Below are positions 41,248 through 50,847 of a stretch of 64,000 nt of DNA, piece after piece. The notes under the pieces were generated by a model. That model searched no databases, was not told where the DNA came from, and saw nothing but the letters and a program-made list of their open reading frames with translations. The position numbers and the translations under genes were made by a program. This stretch comes from Bacteroidota bacterium (lineage in GTDB: Bacteria > Bacteroidota > Bacteroidia > JABEUT01): assembly GCA_013285805.1 (NCBI GenBank), contig JABDGY010000002.1:6011-70010 (forward strand). Reading direction: 5' to 3'. Numbering within the stretch: position 1 is the first letter of the stretch; each line of letters starts with the position of its first letter.

Positions 41248-44200
41248 TTACCATTGTTTAATCATCTTAGGTTGGCCAATAATGGTTCCATCCTGTGAAA
41301 TAATTCGTATAAGGTACATACCGTTAGGAAGGTCTGACGTGTTAAACTGCATGTGCACATCCTTAACCGATACGGTCCTGATAAGCATACCGAGCGTATT
41401 ATATATCTCTACTGTAGAACCTTCTTCCAGGCCATTTATCTGGAATTCTCCGCTGTTCGGGTTCGGGTAAAGGGTTACTTTACTTTCGGTAACATTTATG
41501 TTATCCACACCATTTGGGTTTTCTCCAATTTCGCCAACGGAGCAGCTAACAACTGTAGCAACTGCATTTACCTGGCAACCTTTCTTATCAGTTATAGTAA
41601 CTGTATAAGAACCTGCTGAAAGTTTGGTTGCATAGTAAGCAGTCTGTCCTGATGGTGTCCAAAGGAAAGTGTACGTTGGTGTTCCGCCTTTGTAACCTAC
41701 ATAAGCACTACCATTACCTGTAAGAGAACAGGTTGTTTTGGTAATACTATCCCTGAGTTGGGTAGGTTGTGTGATGGTAGTAGCAAGAGCAGTACCTGCG
41801 CAACCATTAGCATCGTTAATTACAACTGAGTAACTACCTGCTGTTAAACCTGAAGCCGTAGCTGAAATACTTACGCTTGGTGACCATGTAAAGGTATAAG
41901 GAGGTGTTCCATCCTTCACGCCTACTGTTTCAGAACCATTACTTCCGCCATAGCAGCTAACTTCTGTAGTTAAAGCTGCAACCAGGCTATCCCTGATTTT
42001 TGAAGGCTGGGTAATAGTTGCTTTTGCTGTAGCATTCGAGCAACCATTGTGGTCTTTTACAGTCACAGTATAAGTTCCAGCAGCAAGGCTAACACCTGTT
42101 GCTGAAGTACCACCTGAAGGAGACCATGCGTATGTATAAGGACTTGTTCCGCCCTTTACACCTACAGTAGCTGTTCCTGTTTTACCACCATTACATGCAT
42201 CGTTGGTTGTTGCTGTAATACTATCCCTGACAGCAGAAGGCTGGGTGATTGTTACAGTTGCAACCGCTGTACATCCATTCTTATCGGTAACGGTTACAGT
42301 ATATGAACCAGCAGCAAACGTGGTAACTGCAGCGGTTGTAGCACCGGTTGACCATTTATAGGTATACGTAGGTGTTCCACCTTTTACGCCTACAGTAGCC
42401 GCTCCGTTAGTACCACCATTACATGTTACATTCTTCAGGCTTGTAGCTACAATGCTATCCCTGAGTAATGTAGGTTGGGTAATAGTAACAGTAACTGTTG
42501 TACCTACGCATCCGTTGGCATCGTCAACTGCTACTGTGTATACACCTGCAGCAAGGCCGCTGGCTGTAGCTGTTGTTGTGCCATTCGACCATGCATAAGT
42601 ATAAGCCGGAGTTCCGTCTTTTACCCCTATGGTTGCGGTACCAATGGTAGTGCCATTACAATTATTATTTACCACTGATGACGTTACTAAACTATCCCTG
42701 ATTTTAGAAGGCTGGGTAATAACCGCATTTGCAGTAGCTGAGCAACCGTTGTGGTCCTTTACAGTTACAGTATAGCTTCCTGCACCTAAGCCGGTAGCAG
42801 TAGCACCTGTTCCGCCAGAAGGAGTCCATGCATAAGTATAAGGACTTGTACCGCCTGTTACACCTACTGAAGCACTACCTGTTTTTCCGCCGTTACATGC
42901 ATCATTAGTTGAAGCAGTTATGCTATCCCTAACAGCTGAAGGCTGGGTAATAGTTACAGTTGCAACTGCTGTGCATCCATTCTTATCGGTAACAGTTACA
43001 CTATATGAACCGGCCGTAAGGGCACTAACTATATTACTTGTGCCACCTGTTGACCAGCTATATGTATAAGGGCCTGTTCCGCCTTTTACGCCTAATGTGG
43101 CACTTCCGTTAGCACCGCCATTACATGTTACATTCTTCATGGTTGAGATACTATCCCTGAGTATGGCAGGCTGGGTAATGATAATTGTAAGCGTGGTGCC
43201 TGTGCAGCCATTCGCATCTGAAACTGCAACTTTATATGTACCTGCAGTTAAGTTATTGGCAGTTGCGCCTGTGCTGACACTCGGGGTCCAGCTAAAGAAG
43301 TAGGGAGCTGTTCCACCCTTTACGCCAATGGTAACGCTACCATTGTTTCCACCATAGCAACTTACATTAACCTGTGAACCGTGAGCAATACTATCTCTGA
43401 TAGCAGCAGGTTGAGAAATTACCACACTAGTGGTTGTTGCACAACCCAGGTGGTCTTTCACAGTAACAGTATATGTTCCTGCGCCAAGGCTGCTTGCTAC
43501 AGGAGCAGTGCCGCCTGTGGGAGACCAGGAATAAGTATACGGGCTGGTTCCACCGCTAGCTGTTACAGTAGCACTTCCTGTTTTGCTGGCGTTACAAGCA
43601 TCGTTTGTTTCCGATGTTATGGTAGCGCTAGGGGCAGGATTAGGCAATGTAACAGTAGCCGGAATACCTACGCAACCATTTGCATCGGTAATCGTTACTG
43701 TATAAGTGCCCGGAGCCAATGAACTTGTGCTTGATGTTGTAGCACCATTTGACCAGCTATATGTATAAGGGCCTGTTCCTCCGCTTGCTGTTACACTGGC
43801 AGAACCATTGCTGTTCGAGCAGGTTGATACAGTGTAGGTTGTTGTAGCCGTAATTGCTGAAGGCTGAGTGATAGTAGCCGAATCAACTAAAGTACACCCG
43901 TTAGCATCAGTTATAGTAACTGAATACGTTCCTATTTTAAGGCCGGTTATTGTATCACTCTTCACCTTATTGAACCATTTGTACTTATAAGGAGCAGATC
44001 CACCGGTAACAACTATAGAAGCGCTTCCATTGCTATCGCCATAACATGTAACACTCTTAGGAGTTATTACAGCTGTTAATGGTGTAGCATTCACAACTTT
44101 CACACTATCAGTGTTTGTACATCCGTGAAGGTCGGTTACGGTAACTGTATAAGTACCTGGCGCCAGATTGTTATCTACGTTTGAAACGCTGCCATTAGAC

Positions 44201-47109
44201 CAAAGGTAGGTATAAGGAGGTGTTCCACCGCCAGAGTATGCTGTAGCTGTTCCATTGTTCGAATTATAGCAGCCAAGGTTTACAGATATGCTGTCAACCA
44301 CCAATGCAGGTGGATTGTAAACACTAACTGAAGCCGAGGATGTACATCCGTGTGCGTCGGTAACAGTTACACTGCTTGTACCACCCGGAAGGGTATTGTC
44401 GGTAGCCGCTGTTACTCCATTGCTCCATGCATAGGTATAAGGAGAGGTCCCGCCTGTTACTACAACAGTGCCGGTATCGTTAGCGCTTCCGTTACAAGTA
44501 ACGTGGCTCAACTGCTGGCCTTTAACAGATACGTTATCGAACCTGTTATTGCCACTGGTAAGTGTTACGTTACTACCTCCAAACTGAATCTGGAATATTA
44601 AATTAGGGTTATTATTGGCTCCTTTATCAGAAGAAAGGTCAATATGAACCGGATACCACAAACTAGCTGATGTGATAGCATTAATGGCAGTCATTGAATC
44701 GGGTCTTGCTATACCGCCAACATTAAATGTATCCATAGCAGAGGTCAGGTTATTCCATGTAGAACCGCCATCTTTACTATAAGAGAATATAAGGAACTGA
44801 GCTCCCTTACCGCTTGAAGCAGAAAGTGCCCAATCTAACACTATGTTCTGGTAACCTGTTGTAGGAATATACCACATAAATGATGAACCTTGAACAGGGT
44901 TACGCGACCTTACAAAAAGGTTACCGGCCGCTGAACTACCGGTGTCGTTACCTGCTATTGGCAAATCATTAACTCCTGCACCTCCTGAACCATTATCAAG
45001 CAGCGAAGCTGTTGATGAAGGGTGTGAATATATCATGTGCGGGTTAGTTGTAGGAAGAACAGAAACATTAGGAGGCAGCGGGAATGCGCTGGTACCTAAG
45101 CTATCTCCACCGCCGCCGCCGGCAGGTGCTGTAGTGTTAAAATCCCAGTAGTGAATAACTTGCTGGGTAGATGCATTTTCAATGGTATCGTACAATACTG
45201 CAGGCTGGGTAACAGTACCCGTTGCAGCTGATTGGCATCCATTGCTCTCGGTAATGGTAACCGTGTAAGTGCCTGCTGTAAGACCACTTATAGATGTTGT
45301 GGTTGCTCCGTTTGACCATAAATATGTATAAGGAGAAGAACCGCCGGTTACTGTAACTGAAACTGCGCCATTACTGCCGCCGTTACATGATACATTGGTA
45401 ACTGTTGTGTGTCCAACAGCGCCGCTGGTACCAACTGTTACAACAGCAGTACCTGTACAACTATTAGAATCCTTAACGGTAACGGTATAAGAACCTGTAC
45501 CTAAGCCTCCGATAGTTGCAGTAGTAGCGCCTGTAGACCATAAGTAAGTATAAGGAGCGCCTACTTTATGAGGAGTTCCTCCACTAGCACTGGTAACAGA
45601 TGCACTTCCTAAAGTAGTACATGTTACAGGTGAAGAAGAAGTTGAAACTGAAATAGTAGAAGGTTGTGTTATATTTACAGAAACTGTACCTGTACAACCT
45701 TTTGAATCTGTTACAGTACAGGTATATGTACCTGCGGCAAGACCGGTTGCGGTTTTATTCGTGTTTCCTGTTGACCATAAATAAGTATATACACTTGAAC
45801 CGCCGGTTGCATTAACTGTTGCGCTACCATTTGAAGAACCATTACATGTAGGACTAATTTGAGATGTAACGGTAGCAGTAACTGCAGCAGGTTGAAGAAT
45901 TGTAACAGTACAAAAATAATAACCTGAATTATTATCATTTACGTTTACAGTATATGTACCAGCCGCTAAGCCATAAGCTGAATCGGTGGTGGTTCCACCA
46001 TATACTGGAGAATTGGTAACATTTGAAGACCATGAATAAGTATAAGGAGGGGTTCCGCCAACAGCCCATACACGGGCGCTTCCATTATCGCCACCGGAAC
46101 AAGGTGTTACATTTTGACGATTAACACAATACGCTACAAGACCTGTAGTAGCGCTATCGCCGAGAACTGCAAAGTTATCGTAGCGGCCATTCCCGCTGCC
46201 ACCGTTTGAACCTGTACCCACAACTTCCCAACGAAGCATAAAGTTAGGGTTATTGTTAGCAGTAGTTACAGAAGAAAGATTAATTGCAATAGGGCACCAT
46301 AAGCTACTGTCGATACCCGTGGTAGTAGCAGAACAAACTAACAATGAATCGGTGTTGGTTACCCATGAAGACCACCTTGCATTGTTAAAACCAGCAACAG
46401 AAGCTTGTCCACGTGGAATTGAATTCCATGAGGTACCTCCGTTTGTGCTGTATTGGAAAATGTCATACTTATTACCCTTTGAACTTGAAGCGGTAATAGC
46501 AAAATTAACGTGAATGTTCTGGTAACCTGTAGTAGGCATATATACATATGCATAACAGTTTTCAGATGGGTTACGTGTCCTGACAAAACAGTTTCCTGTT
46601 TCACTGGTTCCCGTATCTGAATAGTTCATGTAGTTATAACCCTGGCCACTATAAGAATAGTAAGTGGCACCACCCTGTCCATTGTCAATAATACTATCAT
46701 GGATAGTAGCTGCCAATGGTGTAGTTTGAATTGCATGCGGGCGGATATATACTATCCTGGGATTGCTGCTTACTAATTTCGAATAAACGGCAAACATTGA
46801 ACCTGTATGTTCAAGACTATCCGCATTACGCGAAGGAGGAGACGACAGTGGTGTGTAAGACCACACTGTCCCGAGACTATCGGCTGTTCCCCCATACATG
46901 GGCATTGTGCCGTTAAAATCCCAAAAGTGGATTAATTGTTGTGGTTGCTGGGCGTAACTTCGTGTTGCGAAGGATAGAAAGACCGCCAGCAAACAAACGA
47001 CAAAGATTTTTAAATTTGTTTTCATTTGATGTTTTGTTTGATTTTGATTGATTTTGTTTGGTTTAGAATTACTTGAGTTAATAAAAAATATGTTTTTTTG
47101 ATGTCGCAA
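41248..47109 (-). CDS. giant (1953 aa) SprB-repeat surface adhesin with two copies of an FWDFN-containing N-terminal-type domain and a T9SS type-A C-terminal sorting domain
   Basis: More than 20 SprB-like repeats (C..G..NGSA.V...GG..PYTY.WS.G); FWDFN domains at aa 55-320 and 645-865; and the C-terminus VTLYPNPNSGEFQI...GMYLIRIISQDG. The start region is preceded by copy 2 of the TCTGTAGGA motif. Confidence 0.85.
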   Translation of the reverse strand: MRHQKNIFFINSSNSKPNKINQNQTKHQMKTNLKIFVVCLLAVFLSFATRSYAQQPQQLIHFWDFNGTMPMYGGTADSLGTVWSYTPLSSPPSRNADSLEHTGSMFAVYSKLVSSNPRIVYIRPHAIQTTPLAATIHDSIIDNGQGGATYYSYSGQGYNYMNYSDTGTSETGNCFVRTRNPSENCYAYVYMPTTGYQNIHVNFAITASSSKGNKYDIFQYSTNGGTSWNSIPRGQASVAGFNNARWSSWVTNTDSLLVCSATTTGIDSSLWCPIAINLSSVTTANNNPNFMLRWEVVGTGSNGGSGNGRYDNFAVLGDSATTGLVAYCVNRQNVTPCSGGDNGSARVWAVGGTPPYTYSWSSNVTNSPVYGGTTTDSAYGLAAGTYTVNVNDNNSGYYFCTVTILQPAAVTATVTSQISPTCNGSSNGSATVNATGGSSVYTYLWSTGNTNKTATGLAAGTYTCTVTDSKGCTGTVSVNITQPSTISVSTSSSPVTCTTLGSASVTSASGGTPHKVGAPYTYLWSTGATTATIGGLGTGSYTVTVKDSNSCTGTAVVTVGTSGAVGHTTVTNVSCNGGSNGAVSVTVTGGSSPYTYLWSNGATTTSISGLTAGTYTVTITESNGCQSAATGTVTQPAVLYDTIENASTQQVIHYWDFNTTAPAGGGGGDSLGTSAFPLPPNVSVLPTTNPHMIYSHPSSTASLLDNGSGGAGVNDLPIAGNDTGSSAAGNLFVRSRNPVQGSSFMWYIPTTGYQNIVLDWALSASSGKGAQFLIFSYSKDGGSTWNNLTSAMDTFNVGGIARPDSMTAINAITSASLWYPVHIDLSSDKGANNNPNLIFQIQFGGSNVTLTSGNNRFDNVSVKGQQLSHVTCNGSANDTGTVVVTGGTSPYTYAWSNGVTAATDNTLPGGTSSVTVTDAHGCTSSASVSVYNPPALVVDSISVNLGCYNSNNGTATAYSGGGTPPYTYLWSNGSVSNVDNNLAPGTYTVTVTDLHGCTNTDSVKVVNATPLTAVITPKSVTCYGDSNGSASIVVTGGSAPYKYKWFNKVKSDTITGLKIGTYSVTITDANGCTLVDSATITQPSAITATTTYTVSTCSNSNGSASVTASGGTGPYTYSWSNGATTSSTSSLAPGTYTVTITDANGCVGIPATVTLPNPAPSATITSETNDACNASKTGSATVTASGGTSPYTYSWSPTGGTAPVASSLGAGTYTVTVKDHLGCATTTSVVISQPAAIRDSIAHGSQVNVSCYGGNNGSVTIGVKGGTAPYFFSWTPSVSTGATANNLTAGTYKVAVSDANGCTGTTLTIIITQPAILRDSISTMKNVTCNGGANGSATLGVKGGTGPYTYSWSTGGTSNIVSALTAGSYSVTVTDKNGCTAVATVTITQPSAVRDSITASTNDACNGGKTGSASVGVTGGTSPYTYAWTPSGGTGATATGLGAGSYTVTVKDHNGCSATANAVITQPSKIRDSLVTSSVVNNNCNGTTIGTATIGVKDGTPAYTYAWSNGTTTATASGLAAGVYTVAVDDANGCVGTTVTVTITQPTLLRDSIVATSLKNVTCNGGTNGAATVGVKGGTPTYTYKWSTGATTAAVTTFAAGSYTVTVTDKNGCTAVATVTITQPSAVRDSITATTNDACNGGKTGTATVGVKGGTSPYTYAWSPSGGTSATGVSLAAGTYTVTVKDHNGCSNATAKATITQPSKIRDSLVAALTTEVSCYGGSNGSETVGVKDGTPPYTFTWSPSVSISATASGLTAGSYSVVINDANGCAGTALATTITQPTQLRDSITKTTCSLTGNGSAYVGYKGGTPTYTFLWTPSGQTAYYATKLSAGSYTVTITDKKGCQVNAVATVVSCSVGEIGENPNGVDNINVTESKVTLYPNPNSGEFQINGLEEGSTVEIYNTLGMLIRTVSVKDVHMQFNTSDLPNGMYLIRIISQDGTIIGQPKMIKQW

Positions 47110-47166
47110 GATTAGCCCCTTAATCTCAACTTACTATGTCCGGCTCATTAATTAAATGCTAAAACT

Positions 47167-47184
47167 TTCTGTAGGAATTCTGTG
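47167..47184. promoter_or_regulatory. conserved intergenic motif TTCTGTAGGAATTCTGTG (copy 2 of 3), 58 bp upstream of the 1953-aa adhesin gene
   Basis: Same heptamer direct repeat as at 29105 and 56197. Confidence 0.4.
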
Positions 47185-47583
47185 TTAAGAAAATGTGAAT
47201 AGACATATGCAGCTATGTTAAAAACACCCGGAGAATGCCCTGTTTTAAAGGGCTACAGGAAAGTTTTCGTTGATGTTAATTGCTGTAAATCAGGCAAAAC
47301 CAACAAAAGAAGGTTATTCATATATTATATGAATATTAAGCCAATATTAACAAGGAATAGTAATAGTCTTAAGGGCTTTTAAATTAAGCTGGGGAAAAGC
47401 AATATTACTGCCTGGTTAGCTTATTAAATAACCTCGCCTATTTTCTGCTTTCCCCTATATCTTATCACCAGTATATTTTATCCATTATTATCAGAAAACG
47501 TGCCCGGTGATTCAGTATGAATAAAAGCTGAAGTAAGCTTAACCCTAAGGGGTTAATTTTTTCAATTTAAGGTAATAAAGCGG

Positions 47584-48333
47584 TTATAATGAATCAATGA
47601 CTTGCAGGAAAAGGTTCTTCTTTCTTGAAGAAACTGGAATAACCGACGAATCCTTCATAACGGCATACCCCCCATCGGCTTTCTTATAATGCTCAAAATA
47701 GTCAAGGTTGATAAAATGGGATTGATGTATCCTGAAAAAACCGAATTCATTCAGCATATCATCATATTCCTTTAAAGGCTTTGAAATTAAAATCTTGCGC
47801 CCGTCGTTCAGGAAAAACCTGGTATAATTTGCTTCCGATTCACAACGGATAATATCCTTTATGGCTACTGCATATATACTGTCGCTCGTTTTCAAGACAA
47901 TTTTTTTAGACTCCTTATTATTGTTTGAATAGTTATTCTCCAGAACTTCAAGGCCCTGGTTTATGGATGGCTGGTTAACAACCTCCTCAGCCTTGGCTAT
48001 AGCTGCAACCAATTCATTTGAATCAATAGGCTTTAAAATATAATCGAGTGCACTGAACTTGAATGCTTTTAAAGCGTGGGTTTCATACGCTGAAATAAAT
48101 ATAACCTTAAAAGTAATAGGCTTTAATTTATTCAGCAGGTCGAACCCGCTTCCGTCGCGCATTTGTATATCCAGCAAAACAAGGTCGGGCTTATGCTGCT
48201 TAATGGCCTGCATACCCGATTTAACCCCATCGGCTTGTGCAATAACTTCAACTTGCTTGCAATACTTACTAATAATTGAAGCAATTACCTCGCGGGCGCT
48301 TTGCATATCGTCAATTATTATAACTCTTGTCAT
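47584..48333 (-). CDS. LytTR-family response regulator (LytR/AlgR type)
   Basis: REC domain with the phospho-acceptor Asp context (DLVLLDIQM), plus a C-terminal LytTR DNA-binding domain. Confidence 0.85.
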   Translation of the reverse strand: MTRVIIIDDMQSAREVIASIISKYCKQVEVIAQADGVKSGMQAIKQHKPDLVLLDIQMRDGSGFDLLNKLKPITFKVIFISAYETHALKAFKFSALDYILKPIDSNELVAAIAKAEEVVNQPSINQGLEVLENNYSNNNKESKKIVLKTSDSIYAVAIKDIIRCESEANYTRFFLNDGRKILISKPLKEYDDMLNEFGFFRIHQSHFINLDYFEHYKKADGGYAVMKDSSVIPVSSRKKNLFLQVIDSL

Positions 48334-48363
48334 TTATTCGTATATATTATAAAGATAAGTATT

Positions 48364-50490
48364 CTATGTCAATTCATGGAGTGGAAACTCAAAGACTACT
48401 TTTGTCCCCGTTGCTTCTCCTGCTCCATTTCTTAAGTCTATAATTTTCATTGAAATCTTTTTGCTTCCGTTCCCGTTAAGCAAGGTAATTCGTTCTTGTG
48501 TAATATTAGTGGCAACCGACAAATGTTTATCGCCCCGGTGTTTATTTATTTCATTCGCCTTTTCCCGGCCAATGCCGTTATCTTCTATTTCAAGTCTGAA
48601 TTTCTCTCCCTGCTGTTTTAACCGTATCGTAACCATTCCCTTTCCATCCGTTTTATTTGATATGCCATGTTCTATAGCATTTTCAATAAAGGGTTGAGCT
48701 ATCATCGGTGGTACGTTAATATTTTCAGTGTCCATTTCAGCATCTACATCAATAACAAAGTCGAACTTATGCTGGTAGCAGAGTTGCTGGAGAATGAGAT
48801 AATACCGTAAGGTAGAAATTTCTTTTTCAAGAGAAACATATTCATGCTTCGAACCTTCAAGAATAGAGCGCATAAGTTTAAATACCGACGAAAGGTAATC
48901 AGCCGCCTTTTGTGGTTCTTCCTTATAAATGAAGTTCTGTATGCTGGTCATTGCATTAAATATAAAATGCGGGTTCATTTGCGAACGCAATAATTTTTGC
49001 TGCAATTCTATTTTTGTGTGCAATGTCTTTATCCTGTTCTGGCGGAGCCATAAGAACCCAATGCCGATAATAATTAGAACAAGGCTTATCAATCCGAAAA
49101 TAAGATAGCCGCTTTGTTTTATTTGCAGGTTCTGTATTTCATTCTTTTGCGCCAGTTCTTCAATTTCCTTTTGTTTTTTCTCATTTTCATACCTGGCTTC
49201 CATTTCTGCCATTTGCTTGCTTTTTGCTATGCTAAAAAGTGTATCCTTTAAATGAATAACATTATCGAGGTATTGTGCCGATGCTTTATAATCTCCCGCT
49301 TTTGCCAACGTATGCCCCAATACCAACGACAACTCCATTTTTTGTTGTGTCAGCCCAAGGCTGTCAGCAATACCATATGCTTGTTTAAAACATGCTATTG
49401 CTTTCGCATAGTCTTTCTTTATTTCATAAATATCGCCAACACCGCGTATTCCCATTACAACACTTAACCTGTCATTTACAATTTTAGCTTCGGCAATGCT
49501 GTTCTGTTCATATACTAAAGCTGAATCAAGTAATTTAGCATGCGCAGTATAAAATCTTTTATCATTTGAAACATATTCAAGCCCTTCACCTGCCGTATCA
49601 TCTTCATAAGCCACAAGGAATGTCTGTCCTATATTACCAATAGCCTTTTGAATGTTGCCCAGTTCACCAATCTGCCTGCTTAAATTAAGCGCACGGTAAG
49701 TATATAACATAGCCATAGAATGGTTATGCAGATATAAATATCCCAGGCCTATATTCTGGTAGTCGGGTATAAGTTTGGTGGGGTCACCGGAAGTACTATC
49801 CATTTTAAGAGCCAGGAAATTATTTTTGAGCCCTTTTAAATTATTTCCTTCTATATAATAAAGATTACCCAGGTTGCTATATATTGATGCAGTTCCCGAT
49901 TCATCGTGCTGTAATTCAAATGCCTTTTCAGCCTTAATAAGATATTCCTCTGCTTTGGGGTAATTGCCCATATCTTCATAATCAAGTCCTATGTTATTGC
50001 ACATTTTCCCAATAGATTTCGGGTTTAACATGCTATCAATTGAAAGGGCTTTGAAGTAATAGTCGAGCCCGGTAGTATAATCATCCTGGTCAGAAGTAAT
50101 ATTCCCCAGCTCATTATAAATAGAGCTCAATTTCACATTATTGTTATACTCATTGCTTGCAGCCAACGCGCTATCTTCATAGGAAATGGCAGTTTTCAAA
50201 TCGCCTTTCAGTTCATAAAAGAGCCCTATGTTATATTGTGCATTAATTATGCCTTTCTCCCATTTGCCTGAACGTGAAAGGTTTAGTGCCTGGCGAACAA
50301 CCAGCAGGGCAGTATCAGGATTTTTAAATCCCACCTCATAGCCCAGGTGTATGAGTGTATTAATTTTTTCAGTATCACTGGTTGAATGGGCAATAACATT
50401 TTTAAGTGAATCGATTTTATAGCCGGCAACAAGGGGCAAAGAAAAACTCTGAAAAAATAAAAGAATTAATATGTGCTTCTTTTTACTCAT
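48364..50490 (-). CDS. sensor histidine kinase with signal peptide, TPR repeats, one TM helix and a LytS-type His_kinase/HATPase output
   Basis: TPR repeats in the N-terminal two-thirds, TM helix YLIFGLISLVLIIIGIGFLWL, a LytS-type His kinase domain (NPHFIFNAMTSIQNF) and HATPase motifs (IENAIEHG, DNGIG). Confidence 0.85.
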   Translation of the reverse strand: MSKKKHILILLFFQSFSLPLVAGYKIDSLKNVIAHSTSDTEKINTLIHLGYEVGFKNPDTALLVVRQALNLSRSGKWEKGIINAQYNIGLFYELKGDLKTAISYEDSALAASNEYNNNVKLSSIYNELGNITSDQDDYTTGLDYYFKALSIDSMLNPKSIGKMCNNIGLDYEDMGNYPKAEEYLIKAEKAFELQHDESGTASIYSNLGNLYYIEGNNLKGLKNNFLALKMDSTSGDPTKLIPDYQNIGLGYLYLHNHSMAMLYTYRALNLSRQIGELGNIQKAIGNIGQTFLVAYEDDTAGEGLEYVSNDKRFYTAHAKLLDSALVYEQNSIAEAKIVNDRLSVVMGIRGVGDIYEIKKDYAKAIACFKQAYGIADSLGLTQQKMELSLVLGHTLAKAGDYKASAQYLDNVIHLKDTLFSIAKSKQMAEMEARYENEKKQKEIEELAQKNEIQNLQIKQSGYLIFGLISLVLIIIGIGFLWLRQNRIKTLHTKIELQQKLLRSQMNPHFIFNAMTSIQNFIYKEEPQKAADYLSSVFKLMRSILEGSKHEYVSLEKEISTLRYYLILQQLCYQHKFDFVIDVDAEMDTENINVPPMIAQPFIENAIEHGISNKTDGKGMVTIRLKQQGEKFRLEIEDNGIGREKANEINKHRGDKHLSVATNITQERITLLNGNGSKKISMKIIDLRNGAGEATGTKVVFEFPLHELT

Positions 50491-50847
50491 CTTATATTAA
50501 TACTGTAAAGATAAGACAGGTTGCCGATTGATGGCAAAAAGCCCCTTTTTTATTCATTTACCTATGTTTTCCGGTAAAAATCTATAACCGAATAATAGTT
50601 TAGATATAGCGAATAATCAATGGGCTATATTCTATAGGAAAGAGAGGGGTTAAATGGAATCCCGATTACTGAAATTTGCGTTGAAAGTATATGTAAGTAC
50701 AATTATGAGAGCAACAGATTCAGCTTTTATTTTCTTACCGGTGGAATACGTATCGAACAAAAGTTAAGGGACCTAAGGCAAAACTAAATTTACTATATAT
50801 TTGACAATCATCCTTAATCGCAAATTACATACTTAATAAATACAATC

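Noticed and set aside
50630-50642. TTCTATAGGAAAG as a fourth copy of the TCTGTAGGA motif upstream of the GloVer gene
   Set aside because: Only one heptamer-like half is present, with a mismatch, and it is in the opposite orientation relative to its downstream gene. It is noted in the findings as a partial relative only.
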